Assembly: GCA_963693365.1 (NCBI GenBank)
Contig: CAVNZM010000002.1
Coordinates: forward strand, 1,859,649 to 1,923,648
DNA from: Amoebidium appalachense
Lineage: Eukaryota > Protista > Ichthyosporea
Direction: 5' to 3'
DNA: 64,000 nt
Below, one piece after another: positions 23,904 to 61,560 of the stretch. Below the pieces are notes generated by a model, which did not search any database, had not been told where the DNA came from, and worked only from the letters and a program-made list of their open reading frames with translations. The translations under genes and the position numbers were made by a program. How positions within the stretch are numbered: position 1 is the stretch's first letter; each line of letters starts with the position of its first letter.

Positions 23904-24800
23904 CCTTTTGCGCCACCCACGAGTTTGCAGCCTGGCCCCTTACCAAACACGTAGCTTTGGCTTATGCGGCTCACCTGCTAGCACGCCCGTACCACCCCAG
24001 CACGTTAGACTGCAAGTTTGCCGCCCTGCGCCAGGTACACCTGCTGTGGCACATTCCCTATTTGGACCAGGCCATCCTTGCAACCATCAAGAAGTCCTAC
24101 GGCAGGGCCCACCAGACCACCACCGCCACCCCGCCCGACCCAAAACGGTTTGACGCGCCCTGGGTCACCGGCCTGCTCATCGCACAGCTGGGCCGGCAGG
24201 ACCCCGACGGTGACCGCTGGCTAGCGGGGGTGCTGTTGAGCTACCTGTTCGGCCTACGGTGCCGAGCACCGCTGCTGCAGTACAGGTGGGGGACCTGACC
24301 TGGGGAGACCCCACCCCCACTGGAGCCCAACGCCTCCACCTGACCTTTCGAACCATCAAGTAGGCAGCTGGCAAGCAGATTCGGCCCCCTGCGCGCCACC
24401 GCATGGTTCCCCCCATGTGCGCACAGCTGTTAATGCGCGCCTGCGCGCACGTCCGGCAGCCCACCAGCCCCCTCCTGCCGTGCCCCAACGCTACCAAGGC
24501 CGTCAGCTGGCTGCGCAGCGCGGTGCAGGCCCTCGGCGTGCTCCCCGCCCTGGCTACCGGCATCACCTGGCACTGCCGGCTCCGTCACGGCATGGTCGGC
24601 GCTCCTCGTGCAATCGGCATCCCCGGGCCTTTGCAGTCATCAAGCACCTGGGGGTGTGGGACCTCACCGGCCAAACCCCTGAGGACAACTACGGGTTGGG
24701 CCACTGCCCTACCCCCGATGACCACGAGTACTTCAGCGACCTGCGCGAGTTGGACCCTGTGCGACTGTCGCAAACTGTGCTCGAAAATGTACTGTATATT
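23904..24800 (+). pseudogene. Tyrosine recombinase pseudogene (DIRS/Ngaro/Crypton-type YR element)
   Basis: Across frameshifts: LLSYLFGLR (catalytic R), LTFRTIK (K), ITWHCRLRHG (HxxR-like), IKHLGVW and a downstream Y; contains a stop and frameshifts. Confidence 0.75.
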
Positions 24801-25140
24801 ATGTAAAGTGTGGTGAATTTTGATTGACACTAATCTAGTGGGTTTTAGTTGTCGTTGCAGAGCAAAAATTCGTATAGTGGGCGTAGGTAGCATGTATAAG
24901 TTATAAATGTCTGAATTGATTGGACAATTCCATTTATTAACTTATTCTTCGGCCGTCTGATTGGGCCACAATGGTTATGTGGGCAATCAGCGGCCTGGTA
25001 GAGGAGGCTTATGGGTATATAAGCCGACCTTAGATCGGTCGTCTATTAGCATAGCATATTCCCCGTCGCCTCCTCTCGCATCGCCCACCCTCCCGCCCGC
25101 ACATATTTTCTTTCCCCGTCGCAGCTTTCAAGCTTAAATC

Positions 25141-25142
<2 letters not shown>

Positions 25143-25225
<83 letters not shown>
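25143..25225. repeat. (CA)n microsatellite
   Basis: Direct reading. Confidence 0.95.
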
Positions 25226-25229
<4 letters not shown>

Positions 25230-25299
25230 GCGCACGTGCACACCACACACACGCCTGCGCGCGCGGACGCACACAACATAGATATCTGCACACGGGCAT

Positions 25300-25347
<48 letters not shown>

Positions 25348-25797
25348 TGTGTGTGTGTGTCTGTGGGTGTGTGCTTGTCCCTCGGTAGCAGTAGCTTCTA
25401 GTGGATTCGGTCCAGTGGGCCGAGTCGGGTTTGTGCTAGTATTTTGGGACGATTCGATCCGGTATTGTGTAGTGTGAGTCGAGCCAATATAGCAATGAAA
25501 AGCAAGTATAAGTTATAAATTTCGGGGTCGAGGTCGCGCCTGCTGACGTCGTGTACAGAACTTAGAAGGCGAAGTCAACACACACCTTCATCCAGTAGTG
25601 TGATTCATTCAACTTTTTGAGTTGTGAGTCACGAAACGGTGGACTGGGTTGTTGCTTACAAGGTTCTCGTAAACAACAGTCAAACCAAAGCCTTTTGGGT
25701 ATTTACGTTAGAGCCACACTGAAGGGGAAAAAAAAACTGCTGAGGATCATTTGTGAACGAAAGAACGCCGGAGAATTCGTGCAGACGGCATCGGAAG

Positions 25798-26799
25798 ATG
25801 AGCGAACTTGGCCTGCTTGGGTCGACTCTGGGCCAGAAGCGCCCACATGAGCTTCACGAGGGACTACACACTGACAGATCGGGTCATTACGGTGGGGATG
25901 ATGTGGGATCTGAAGCTCAAGTGAAGCGCCAGGCTGTGCTGCTTACTACTGAACATGAGCAAGACACTTCGGACTCATCTGATGAGGAGGAGGTAAGCAG
26001 ACGCTCTGGCCTTGCTGGGGTGGATCTTTGCACGATGAGTGCACAAATTTGCGTGAAACTGATGTGCTTCATGGTTTTTGTGCCCAACAGAGTAGAAGTA
26101 TAAGAGTTTCATAGTGCTGCTGTAGACACTGATAGGTAGTCAGTCCTTCAATTTTTGAAATCGAAGGTGAACCTAACACTAAACATACAGAGTGCTGTGG
26201 ATGCCATTCCTGTTTACGAGATCCCTTTGCGACTGCATGGCTGGACACGAGAGCGGTGCCAACGTTCTAAACCTGGCAGGGATGGGCAGCCCAACTTCGA
26301 CATCTACTACTCTGCCCCTGGTGGCAGGAAGCTGCGCTCTTACAAAGAGCTTGAGGCATTTCGTAAGTTTCCTCAGTTGCTTGTATTAAGCAATTTGCTG
26401 AACTTGGTGGGAGCCGTTGTGAACGCGCCGCGCCGCTGTGGCTACACTTGACATCTGTGTGGAACGTTTTGGTACTTGCTGTTGATACACTTAACGGTTG
26501 CTTGTGTTTGCCTCACTCACTATCGTGTACATGTAGTAGAACATGTACACATCAGGATGACCATATCACGGCCCTTGCTCGTCAAAGATTGGTTCAACGA
26601 AAGTCGTTTTTTGTTCTCTTACACGTTGTGTTCGCAGTGAGTCATTGGAGCCCACGCCTGACGACCAACATGTTCACGTTCAACAAGAGGGATATGGTCT
26701 CAGGAACTATCGAGAGACAGTCAGGCCCACGGCAGGCCAAAGAGGAAGGTGGGTCGCGGTTTTGCTTTTTTGTGAATCGTTTTGTTGTTTTTGCTGTGC

Positions 26800-26873
<74 letters not shown>

Positions 26874-28153
26874 CCCTCGGGGCCCCGCCCCGCCCTTTCC
26901 CAGCGCCTCCTTTTGTCCTCCCTTTTCGCATCACAATCTTTGATGATTTTGAAGTATGGGGTTGAGATGTGGAGGCAAGGGGAACGTGCAGAGGGGAAGG
27001 TGTCATATAGGAGTTGCATGGGTATACAATGTTTTAACTAGCTGAGTGTTTAGTAACATAGTACGTATAGCGCTAGCTACACTTCACTCACTCATTTTTT
27101 TCCCGCTTGTTCCACAGATGGGCCCTTGAACGAGGCAAACAATCTACCGTTGGGGTTGGGCTCGGCAGCCAGCCCACGACCAGCGAGTGCAGAAACAACA
27201 GCAGGTGTGCCTCTTGGGCAAATGCACAAACCGCCATCACCCTTGGACCCAGTGGGTCAAACCCATTCTAAGGCAACTTCGGGTACTACCACTCGTGCCC
27301 CTTCAGCCCCACCACGCTACAATGCCGAAGCATCTCTTTCCGGACCATGGCCGCACGGACATCGTCCAGCAATGACCGCCGCAGCATCCCGTCCACGCAC
27401 TCTAAGCACCAGCCAAGTGGCGAGATCTGCACCATCCCGACGCACCTCAGTACCTGTCAGCAAACTACGCAAGCTCGTCAAGCCAGCAAACAACAAAAAT
27501 CTCGGTATCTGGGCGCCCAGACGTCCTTTAGATGTGACGATGGCCAGATGATGTTTTGCCCCCCTTCCTCCAGACTTCAAGCGGAGGCTAAGGCAAAGAT
27601 ATTGAGCATGAGAGCCGAAAGCATGGCTGATAGTAAGTCATCTGAGAGTGCTAAGGCGCAAGTTGCGGACGACGGAAGTGGTACGCAACACAGTGTGGGG
27701 ATGAGCGACCCTACGGAAGAGAAGGAAAACACTGTGGAAAATTATTCGGGGTTTGAGGAGGAAGATGAAGAATGTGCCTTTGACGAATCAGATTTGGCCG
27801 ATCTAGAAGAGTTGCTCAGACATGACTCATTAACCAGACGGGTAGCCGATGCAAACGTTTCCGAACATGGCAAAGTCGATCTCCCATCTTCCTCACCCTC
27901 CTCTTTCACAACTTGTGAAAGCACTGCTGTAGCCAGCGAGGTTGATGGTGTGGGCACGAGCACCAAGGCCGAGGCTCTGCCAGTGCGTGTGGGTTGTGAG
28001 AAAATTGTTTTGGGAGGGGGTAGTAAGCATGCTGATGCACGGAAGGCAGAGGGAATGGGTAGTGACGATGTTGGAGATGGAAATTTGAGTGATGAGGAGG
28101 AAGAAGCTAGCCAGAAGTATCTCATTATGCACGTTCATAGCGACAACGAATAA
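25798..28153 (+). CDS. Methyl-CpG-binding domain (MBD) protein, spliced; exons 25798-25992, 26191-26362, 26638-26748, 27118-~27550, then probably the acidic ORF to 28153
   Basis: GT-AG introns in compatible phases give IPLRLHGWTRERCQRSKPGRDGQPNFDIYYSAPGGRKLRSYKELEAFLSHWSPRLTTNMFTF, matching the MBD consensus GW.R...R....DIYY.P.G.KLRS..EL..FL...F.F; the 3' structure is uncertain. Confidence 0.82.
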
Positions 28154-29392
28154 TAACTTAGATGTCGGTACTAATGTATGTTACGCGAGTGCTTGGTGCC
28201 TAAAGTTGGGTGCTGAGGTATTAATACCTTGTACATTTTATTGGTTTATGGTGATTCTAAATGCGCGGATCTTCTTGGACATGTACAACACCTTGCACAC
28301 CGAAAGGGCATTTAGGGCGCTTCGTAGTGGTGATACCACGATCTAAGCAGAAAGTATGTGTTGTCTGGTTAAAAAACATATGTCCGGCAGCTTAGGCTTA
28401 GCATATTTAGTCTAAGCATTTAAATTTATTATCGTTCAGCCCATTAACCACCGCTGTCTGTTGAACGAAACGTGTTCTTGTCATGGTATCCTTAGCCATC
28501 ATATGAAGAAAACATCCACTGAATACACTGTCTAAGTGATGGTCAGAAACCCCTTAGCCTTCATGCTTACCTTTCTCTGGCCCCGGTTTCTGCCAGCTGT
28601 GTAATATGTGTCTCCTTTCTTCACCTATTGCCTCCCTTTTATATTCTCACATATGTTGCCCATGTTTGAGTTCACCTGAACAACATTTTTAATCTTTTTT
28701 CTCTGCAGTTACATCATCATTGTGCCCCCCCCCCTCCCCCCCCCCCTCCCCCCCCCCCCCCTCCCCTACCCCCCCCTTACCCCTCCCCTGTGCCTGCAGG
28801 CCCCGTCCTGCCCCTCCAAAAGACGGAGAGAGAGGGTGGGGTGGGCTGGGGGGGGTGGGGATCCGGAGGGGGGTCTGGGATTGTTTTTACATATTGATGA
28901 TATATCCGAACACCCGTAAAAAACTATGCAAATTCGAGACGTCCCTATGCTTAGTTACGTAATATTAATACGGGGCCGGGTGTGAATTTGTGCACCGGAG
29001 TCCTTGCAGTTTGTGTACGGAACTTAATGATTTACTGCCGGCCATAAGCTTCTATCTTCTTCTCTTTTTCTTAACTTATTTTTTTGTGTGCACCGGTGAC
29101 GGTGACCGGGGGGGGAGGGCCGGAGGGAGGAGACCACCACCATTGGCCTGGGCACCGTGCACCCAATAGTCTGTCTGAGGGTACTTGAGGCTGAATTCTC
29201 ATCCAATATTCGTCCTAATCCCCCCGGACAAATTTCTGCCAGCCCCGGCCCAGCAAGAGAGAGAGGGGAGAGAGAGAGGGGGGGGGGGGGGGGGGGGGGG
29301 GGGGGAGAGGGGGGAGGGGGGGATAGAGGAGAGAGGGGGGTGCAGGAGGGCGGGGGATCGAGGGGAGGGGGAGGGGGGAGAGAGACTGAGAA

Positions 29393-29425
<33 letters not shown>

Positions 29426-29474
29426 GGGAGGGAGGGAGGGAGAGCAAGAGAGAGAGAAAAAGGAGAGAGTGAGA

Positions 29475-29521
<47 letters not shown>

Positions 29522-30426
29522 GAGTGAGTGAGAATTTAAAGAGAGAGAGAGAGAGAGCTGATCGACGTAAAAGCTGTGTTCTTTTTTTGTGTATGGTGCA
29601 CGTCCGTGGTGATGGTGGTGGTGGTGGGGGGGGGGTGGGTGGGTGGGTTGGGTGGGGGAAGGAAGGGGGAGGAGGGGGGTGGGGGGGGTGGGGGGAGGCT
29701 TGACAACAAAAGCCAAAGCCACCTGTGCTGATGCAGTAGCGATGTGATGGCAAATATGTCATGATGCCCAGGCTACAGCATAATACATATCGTATACATG
29801 TGCACGAGCTCACGGATGCGCACACGCACATATGCACGCGCACGCGCGCACACACACACACATCCACGACGCCATCTACATCTATACGTGTGCACATGTG
29901 TAGTACTGGTGAGTTCGAATATATGGAACATAAGAGGCTTCTATGCACGTCAGGGTATGGATTGATGTCAGCGCGACGGCTGCAGGGGGTAGCTTGATTT
30001 TCTTCCTTTTCCTTTCTGTATGTTTCTTCTTCCTTTCTTTCCTCGAGCTCATTATTAGTTATTACTGATTACTGTTATTATTATGGGGGAGGGGGGGGGG
30101 GGGGGGGGGGGGGAGGGATTTAGAATGGATCCATTGTAGCTAGAGCCCAATTATCCGAGGGCTGGGGGTGGTGGTGGTTGGCTGGGGAAGGGGAGGGGGG
30201 GGAACCAGGGAGAGGGGAAGGGGGAGGGGGTGTCGGTGTATGCGCAGAAATGAAGTCGGCACGCTAAAATCAGAATGACACGCTGGCAAACAATGCTTAT
30301 GATTAAGTAATAATATCGAAAGGTTTGTTTGTGCTAAGAGCTTGTGCACGGGAGTGTGTGCGCTTGGGTGAAGTGTGTGGGTGTGTGAGTGTGCGGGCAC
30401 AACTTATGTGTGAGTCTGTGCCACAT

Positions 30427-30496
<70 letters not shown>

Positions 30497-31100
30497 GGAG
30501 GAAAGGCAGGCAGGCAGGCAGGCAGACAGGCAGGGTGAAGCACACACAAAGCGGGACGGTATTATTATTTTCTATTTCTATTCACTCGGGGCTAGGCCAC
30601 CGACCATTTTCACTGGTGCAGCACTCAACTGCCCGCATTATCAATCACATTATATAGACTTAATCAAGGTATACTTAAAAATGTTGGCAGGGTATATTTC
30701 ATTCATTATACATTCACTATTTAATACTTGTACTACCATTCCTGCATCAACAAAGTCCGCCATTACTTCAAAACTTCATATCAACACAATGCTCTCTCAC
30801 ACTACATTCATACTTTCGCCTTGATATCTGTATGTAATTGTTTAGACGTTCTATTTGCTCTAGCATTGCAGTAAAAAAACATCACATCACACGCGAAAAA
30901 AAAGTTGGAGTTGGGAGGGCCACATGTGCAGAGTTTTACGTCTGACGAGTAGAACCCTCCCCACGATCAAGAGCAAACAGCCGCTGTGGATCAGGTCTCG
31001 TGTCAGTCAAATGCAGCATTGCAGCCAAGCATGCCTAGGGTGGGAAAAAATGCAGTCTAATCTAGCTGAAATCCAGAGAAATTCTCGAGAGACTGGTTTC

Positions 31101-31131
<31 letters not shown>

Positions 31132-31141
31132 AAAAAAATTC

Positions 31142-31191
<50 letters not shown>

Positions 31192-31225
31192 ACCCAAAAC
31201 CACCCAATAACCTTCCAAACAATTT

Positions 31226-31257
<32 letters not shown>

Positions 31258-32351
31258 CCCATGAGGAGACAAGGGCATCAATCATACGTGGCTCTAATTT
31301 AAGGGTGCACTTGTTTCCATATTCTTTGCCCAGATTGTCCTGTAACAAAACGAACGACCTAGTAGAAGGAGTGATTCATGTATGCGCTAGCCAAAAGGAG
31401 CAGTTCTTTCTGGAGCTGTTTGGGCGGTTTATCGTGAAAGGAGGTATGTTGATGGTCCAGCTGGCCCCATAAGTGTGGGTGAATGCGGAGCCAGAATTCG
31501 TGCCCCTGTATTCTCCCTCTCCCTCTCCCTCTCCTTCTCTCCTCCCTCCCTCTCCCTCCCCACCTCCCTCTCTCTGGACGTGTGTGCTTTTGTGCATTTG
31601 TGTGAATGTGTGTATGTATAGGTGAGTGTGTGCTACGGATTGTGTGTTTGCGTGTCTGGGTGTGTGAGAGTGCGAGCGTGCGCTTGTATGTTTGTGTGGA
31701 TGCGTACCGCAGCACACGTGTGTGTGCGTGTGTGAGTGAATGAGTGAGTGAGTGTGTGTGTGTTTTCGGGGGGGAGGAGTAGGTACTGAAAAAGCGCTGT
31801 GGCCCACATTCAAGATGGCACCGGTCAAGGACTGGTCTTGGCCAGAGGGTACCTCCCTGCACACATGCACCGTGTAAGTACAAGAGCATCGGAATGGGCC
31901 TTGAACACAGCAAACACATGTGCCAAAAATTTGCCTAGTACACATTGTAAGGGCGATTGGCGTGCACGGGTTTTCTTTCTCTTACTTTTTTGTGACCGTT
32001 GTCTAATGGCCAGTAGATGGTAGTGGTAGTTGCAATAAAGAGAGCGGTACCCAGGGGGGAGGGGGGGCGGTTTTGAATGCGGAACACAGTACGAAGTACA
32101 TATACACGACGCGAGGCACGGTGCAGGACACATGCAAAGGCAAACATTCAAGTATGCAACATCAGCAATGCGCACAGTATGCATCATCAGCAGAGCCCAT
32201 CCTCAGGGAGGGCCCATGTCAACAATTGCATCTGAGTTTCGGCCCCTGAGCCCGTGTATATACGACTCTCCAACTCAAAATCAACTGAACTTGGGAGGGC
32301 CAACCCGTCAGATCAAAGACGAGCAGGGTTGCTTATGCAAGCAAGGGGGAG

Positions 32352-32398
<47 letters not shown>

Positions 32399-32753
32399 AA
32401 AAAAAAAATATTAAAAAAATAAACACACACACACACAAACTCCCCCTGTTTCCCTAACAGTAGCACCCATCATTTGAGTATATATCCATACGTTCATAGA
32501 CGTGAACAACGAAAAAGAGAGAGCATCAATATACAACATTAGGTAAACAATCACAAACACGCACACCCACCCGCCTACACCCACCCACGCCTGCCAATAA
32601 ACCTCCAAAAGTAAATAGACCCAAAAGAACACAAAGCAACGCTCACATCCCCCCTTCCTTCCCCTCCCCCCCCCCCCCTCTCCCCCCACCCGTACCACCC
32701 AACACCTCCCCTCTCCTCCTCCCCCTACTCCCCTCCCCTCCCCTCCCCTTCTC

Positions 32754-57056
<24,303 letters not shown>

Positions 57057-57765
57057 TGTGCCGAGGCATCAAGGACACCTGTATGAACAACACATATGAT
57101 TAGGGAGAGAGAATGGGTTGTTCATACACATACACACGGGTAGATGCTATAGTTGTGAATGCTGCAACACAAGAAAATTAAAAATTGCAACCCATTTTTG
57201 TTATGATCGGATTTTTTAAAGGCGTGTAGAGTTGCATAGGTGTAGCAGACATTTTGAAATGAACTGATGTGTGCAAGGGGGGTGCATCAGGTACATGCAA
57301 ATGTGTGTGTGTGCGCCCCCCCCCCCCCTGCGCGCATGTGCATGTGCATGCATGTACGTGTGTTTTCCTTATATATATAGATGGCTGCGTTCACACGGGG
57401 CGGGTATGATAGGCCAGGGATATTTGCAAGATTCCCGGGATAGGCCGAAATCGATACATGAAAACTGCGACCAACAAACGGGAGGCAAGGGCGAAGTGGA
57501 TGTATGACAAAAGGCCACTTACAAGGATGCACTAACATAGATATTACGAGAAGGAAATTGTTTGAAACCATACCGCACGTGCATACACAATTATGGGTGC
57601 CATGATACTGGCACCTAGCACCCAGGAATCACAGGAGGAAAGCAACATAAGCTTAAAACGCCACACGAAGGATAATCTCCCCCCCCCACCCCCTCCCTTC
57701 CCACCCCACCCCCTCCCTTCCCCCCTTTTTCCTTTTTTTTTTTCCCCCCCCCCCCCCCCCCAAAA

Positions 57766-57799
<34 letters not shown>

Positions 57800-58014
57800 C
57801 GGGGGGGGAAGGGAGGAGGGGTTTGAGAAGAAAGAGGGAGATGCCCACGAGCATCATACTCATCACCACATTTTAAGCATGTAAGAGCCAAAAAAAGGGA
57901 AACGGTCACTATTGCATCACTTCAGAGCATGGTGACACCATGATGTAACAAGTAACGACTGGAACAGCCACTAGTGCAGCAGGCGAACCCATAAGAGAGA
58001 CGGGGGAAGGGGAA

Positions 58015-58048
<34 letters not shown>

Positions 58049-58309
58049 TGCATAACCTCAGCCCCTCAACAAAGCACACAACCATGCGCTAAAGGCGCAT
58101 CATTTTTCAGAAGGGCAGGGTGGGAATTGACATGCATGACCTCCAAAACTATGCATACATGTACGCGGAGGTAAATGTGCCCATACTTGTATACATGTAC
58201 AGTCCCACCCACAAACCAGCCAAACGAGAGAAAAAGCGAAAAATGGAACAGGAGCTATAAGGGTATCTCCCAGAGTTTTGTATGTGTGTCGAGAGAGGAG
58301 ATCAGGGAA

Positions 58310-58344
<35 letters not shown>

Positions 58345-60380
58345 GATATATGCACTGGACGGTTGGAATTATGGAGGAGGAGACATCAAAGGACAAACAC
58401 AAAAAGTCACATTGATTTTTTTTTTTTTAAAAAAAAAAACCGGAATATAATCACCTCCCCCCCTCCCCCCTCCCACCCTCCCCCCCTCCCCCCCCCCCCA
58501 AAAAAAAAGGGGGGGGGGGGGGGGGGGGGGGGGGGAGGGGGGGGGGGGGGGGGGGAGGGGGGTTGTGCGAACAAGGAAAGTATCGAAGTTGAACAGGAAG
58601 GGAGGTCAGAAGAGGGGAGGGGTGTGTGTGTGTTCGGTGATCCCCACGGGGGGAGGGGGGGGGGGGGACCGAGGAACATGCACCCTCTACACGCCGGTTT
58701 ACAGAAGACGACTACCTCGCAGGGAAAAGTATCTACTCCTTAACACCCACAGGCGCCCGTAACAGCTGCAACCTGTTAACGACCAACAACAGGCAACAAG
58801 ACGGCAGACACAAATGTGATGGTGGCAAATATGTGAACCTTAAAGTGCAAGCAGAAGATAATGTGCCCTCACAAACACATGGGTGTTTTGCACCTACAAC
58901 AGAAGGCTAAAATAATTGGCCCATACAGGCCGACATAAAGTGAAGACTGGTCATATTTATCTATTTCACACTAGTACAACACCACATTGAGCCACGCAAA
59001 AACATAAATATATTGATAACACACACAAAGGAGAAGCTTTCCATTACAACCCACACCCTCAGGCAACCACAAACAGATGGACACACAAGCAATGCCACAT
59101 CCACCAACCCATGGACCCACCCACCCATACCCACAACCACACACATAAGCCAACCCACAACCCCAATGGAGCTGGTTCAGCAGAGCAATTGAACCGGGGA
59201 TGTGAACTGACCTTAACAACGAATAAACCACCATTTTTCTTCAAATCCATGGGACTTATAATTAAAAGCTTCCGCCCTTATAGGTCGCCTTCGATTTAGC
59301 AATTATGGAAAAGAGAGTATTCCAAGAAGCAGAAGCGTTATCACCCTTTGACCCCCAGGCTAACAGCTGAGCAGCTCAAAATATTTTGAAAGATTGTTCG
59401 AACAGATCTAAACGTGGGTAACAATATAAGATGGTTCTTACCTGAAGGTTCACGGCTTGGCAAACATGCGTCTACTGCGGGATCAGAAGCTCCCTACGCA
59501 AACGTCAGGAGCAATGTTGTTGATAAAAACTTCACCAGAATTGGGCGAGTGATAGAGTATTAGGCTACGCTTGGCTGGTCAACAACGACTGCTACCAACA
59601 AATATGAGCAGCTTGAGACCTTTGGTTCACCTAAGCGTGCACAGAAAGTAACTGTCTAGTATTCTCTTCTGGCGATGATGTAACGCATTTATGAGAGCCT
59701 TGCGGTTAATATCCCTTCGTTTCACGTAGCAAGTCACACCGCTCGCTGAGTGCAAGTCACGGTTGAGCTTTTTTCAGTGCTTCTGATGAAGGCAAACTCG
59801 TGTCACAGCACAAGCCCGTTCAAAGAGCTCTAAGGCGGTTTTCGTATAGTTATATCGCTATATACTCAAATTGTACCGCTACAGCCATACATTTAGCGCT
59901 TTATAGCGCAAATAAGCAGGGCTGGCTCTTGCCCTAAGTTGCTGTTACTGGGAGAAGTGGGACTCTGTGGGAGGGAAAACACAGCCTGAGTGCATTTGGC
60001 GAGCGGCTTTTTGTTTTGCGTCAAAACCGTCAAGTGCTAAAGCTCCATATGAATGGTCAATTTATTTTTTTTCTATTGGTTTTTGTTCATATTTATCTAC
60101 GATATTATTGGTGTTTGCTTGCTGATTCAAGTGAATAAATTTCAAAGCCAAATATGATTGGTTGTCTGCGCACCATAGCGGCTTTGCATGATATGGAAGT
60201 AATTATTTTCCCTATCGGGTCGTTGTCGGGCCGATGATGATATGGAAGTAATTATTTTCCCTATCGGGTCGTTGTCGGGCCGATTCCGGGAGGCTCGGCC
60301 CGACCCCGCCGTTCGACTCGTCTGGGTCGCCGCCGTCGTTCGCTCCCATCCCCAGCTCCCCGTATCTCCCCGACAACCCA

Positions 60381-60795
60381 TAAGGCTGATATGCCTATAT
60401 GCCTGATATGACTGATATGCCATATATGGCTATATGGCTGTTTCGGCTATATGCCTGATATGCTATATAAGGCTGATATGCTATAAGGCTGATATGCTAT
60501 ATAAGGCTGATATGCTATATAAGGCTGATATGCTATATATGGCTATTTGGCTGATATGCTATATAAGGCTGATATGACTGATATGACTGATATGCTATGG
60601 GGTTTACGCTGTTTACTCGAGGCAAAGAGAACCAGTCTCAGGTATGGGGGGGGGGGGGTTTTGCTCGGAATATCCCCTCAGCGGTATATCATGATCACGT
60701 ACATAGATGTCGGGTGGTGACTATATATCAGGGTTTACTTTCTCTACGAGACACCATAAAGACTACAAGGAGAAATCAATTAGTTGGGGTTCCCC

Positions 60796-60846
<51 letters not shown>

Positions 60847-60878
60847 GGGCTCCCCTCGGGACACTCGGTATCAGCTGG

Positions 60879-60919
<41 letters not shown>

Positions 60920-61556
60920 TGTGTGTGTGTGCGCGTGCGCTATAATTTTGTAGTGATGTGTTTCTCAAGCCAATCAATACATCTAATAAACAGGTCGTAG
61001 TTACGCGTGTTTAGTATAAAATCAAGGATGTTGTAATTTACAGGTAGGCTATCTTTCTGGGTGTCTGTTGTGAATGTGACGTGTGTGTGTTGCGGTATTA
61101 TGTGGTCTATCAAACTACATTTGGCGATACATGACCGGTTAAACTGGTGTGTGTGTGTGTTGTTTGGGCATGCAAATGATGCCACCTTATACTTATTAGA
61201 TCTCCACTGTATAGCACGTGTACAGTAAAAGCGTGGTAATTGATCAATAATACCATCAGCTAGAGAAAGACCAGTTCTACAGGAAGGTAATATGTATTTA
61301 GGTGTTATACACTTGCGAGTGCCATATTTGGCAATATGGTTGAGGCGGTCAGTATATATAAAACGAGACATAAGGCTTAGTTTTTCAAGGTGTATGCTTT
61401 CATCGGGTCTAGTGTCGTGTGGTATCTTTTTCCATTTAAGGCTGATATGCTATATATGGCTATATGACTGATATGCTATATAAGGCTGATATGCCTATAT
61501 GCCTGATATGGCCATATCATCCTCTGATACGGTCTGATACATTGGATATGCCTATA
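60381..61556. repeat. GCTGATATGCTATATAAG-type minisatellite in two blocks (60381-60598, 61437-61556) separated by ~840 bp of unrelated sequence
   Basis: Repeated GCTGATATG cores on both sides. Confidence 0.85.
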
Positions 61557-61560
61557 ACGC

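Noticed and set aside
28971-29253. Possible MITE with GGGCCGGG..AATTTGT inverted ends
   Set aside because: Inverted match is short and gapped, with no TSD
28700-32750. Numerous ORFs of poly-P/G, ER, HT and CV repeats here and throughout the introns
   Set aside because: Translations of homopolymers and dinucleotide microsatellites, not credible proteins
57544-57909. CLKCGDEYDARGHLPL resembling a RING-finger start
   Set aside because: No remaining Cys/His ligands and no convincing splice sites; it lies in a probable 5' UTR intron (donor near 59441, acceptor 57078)
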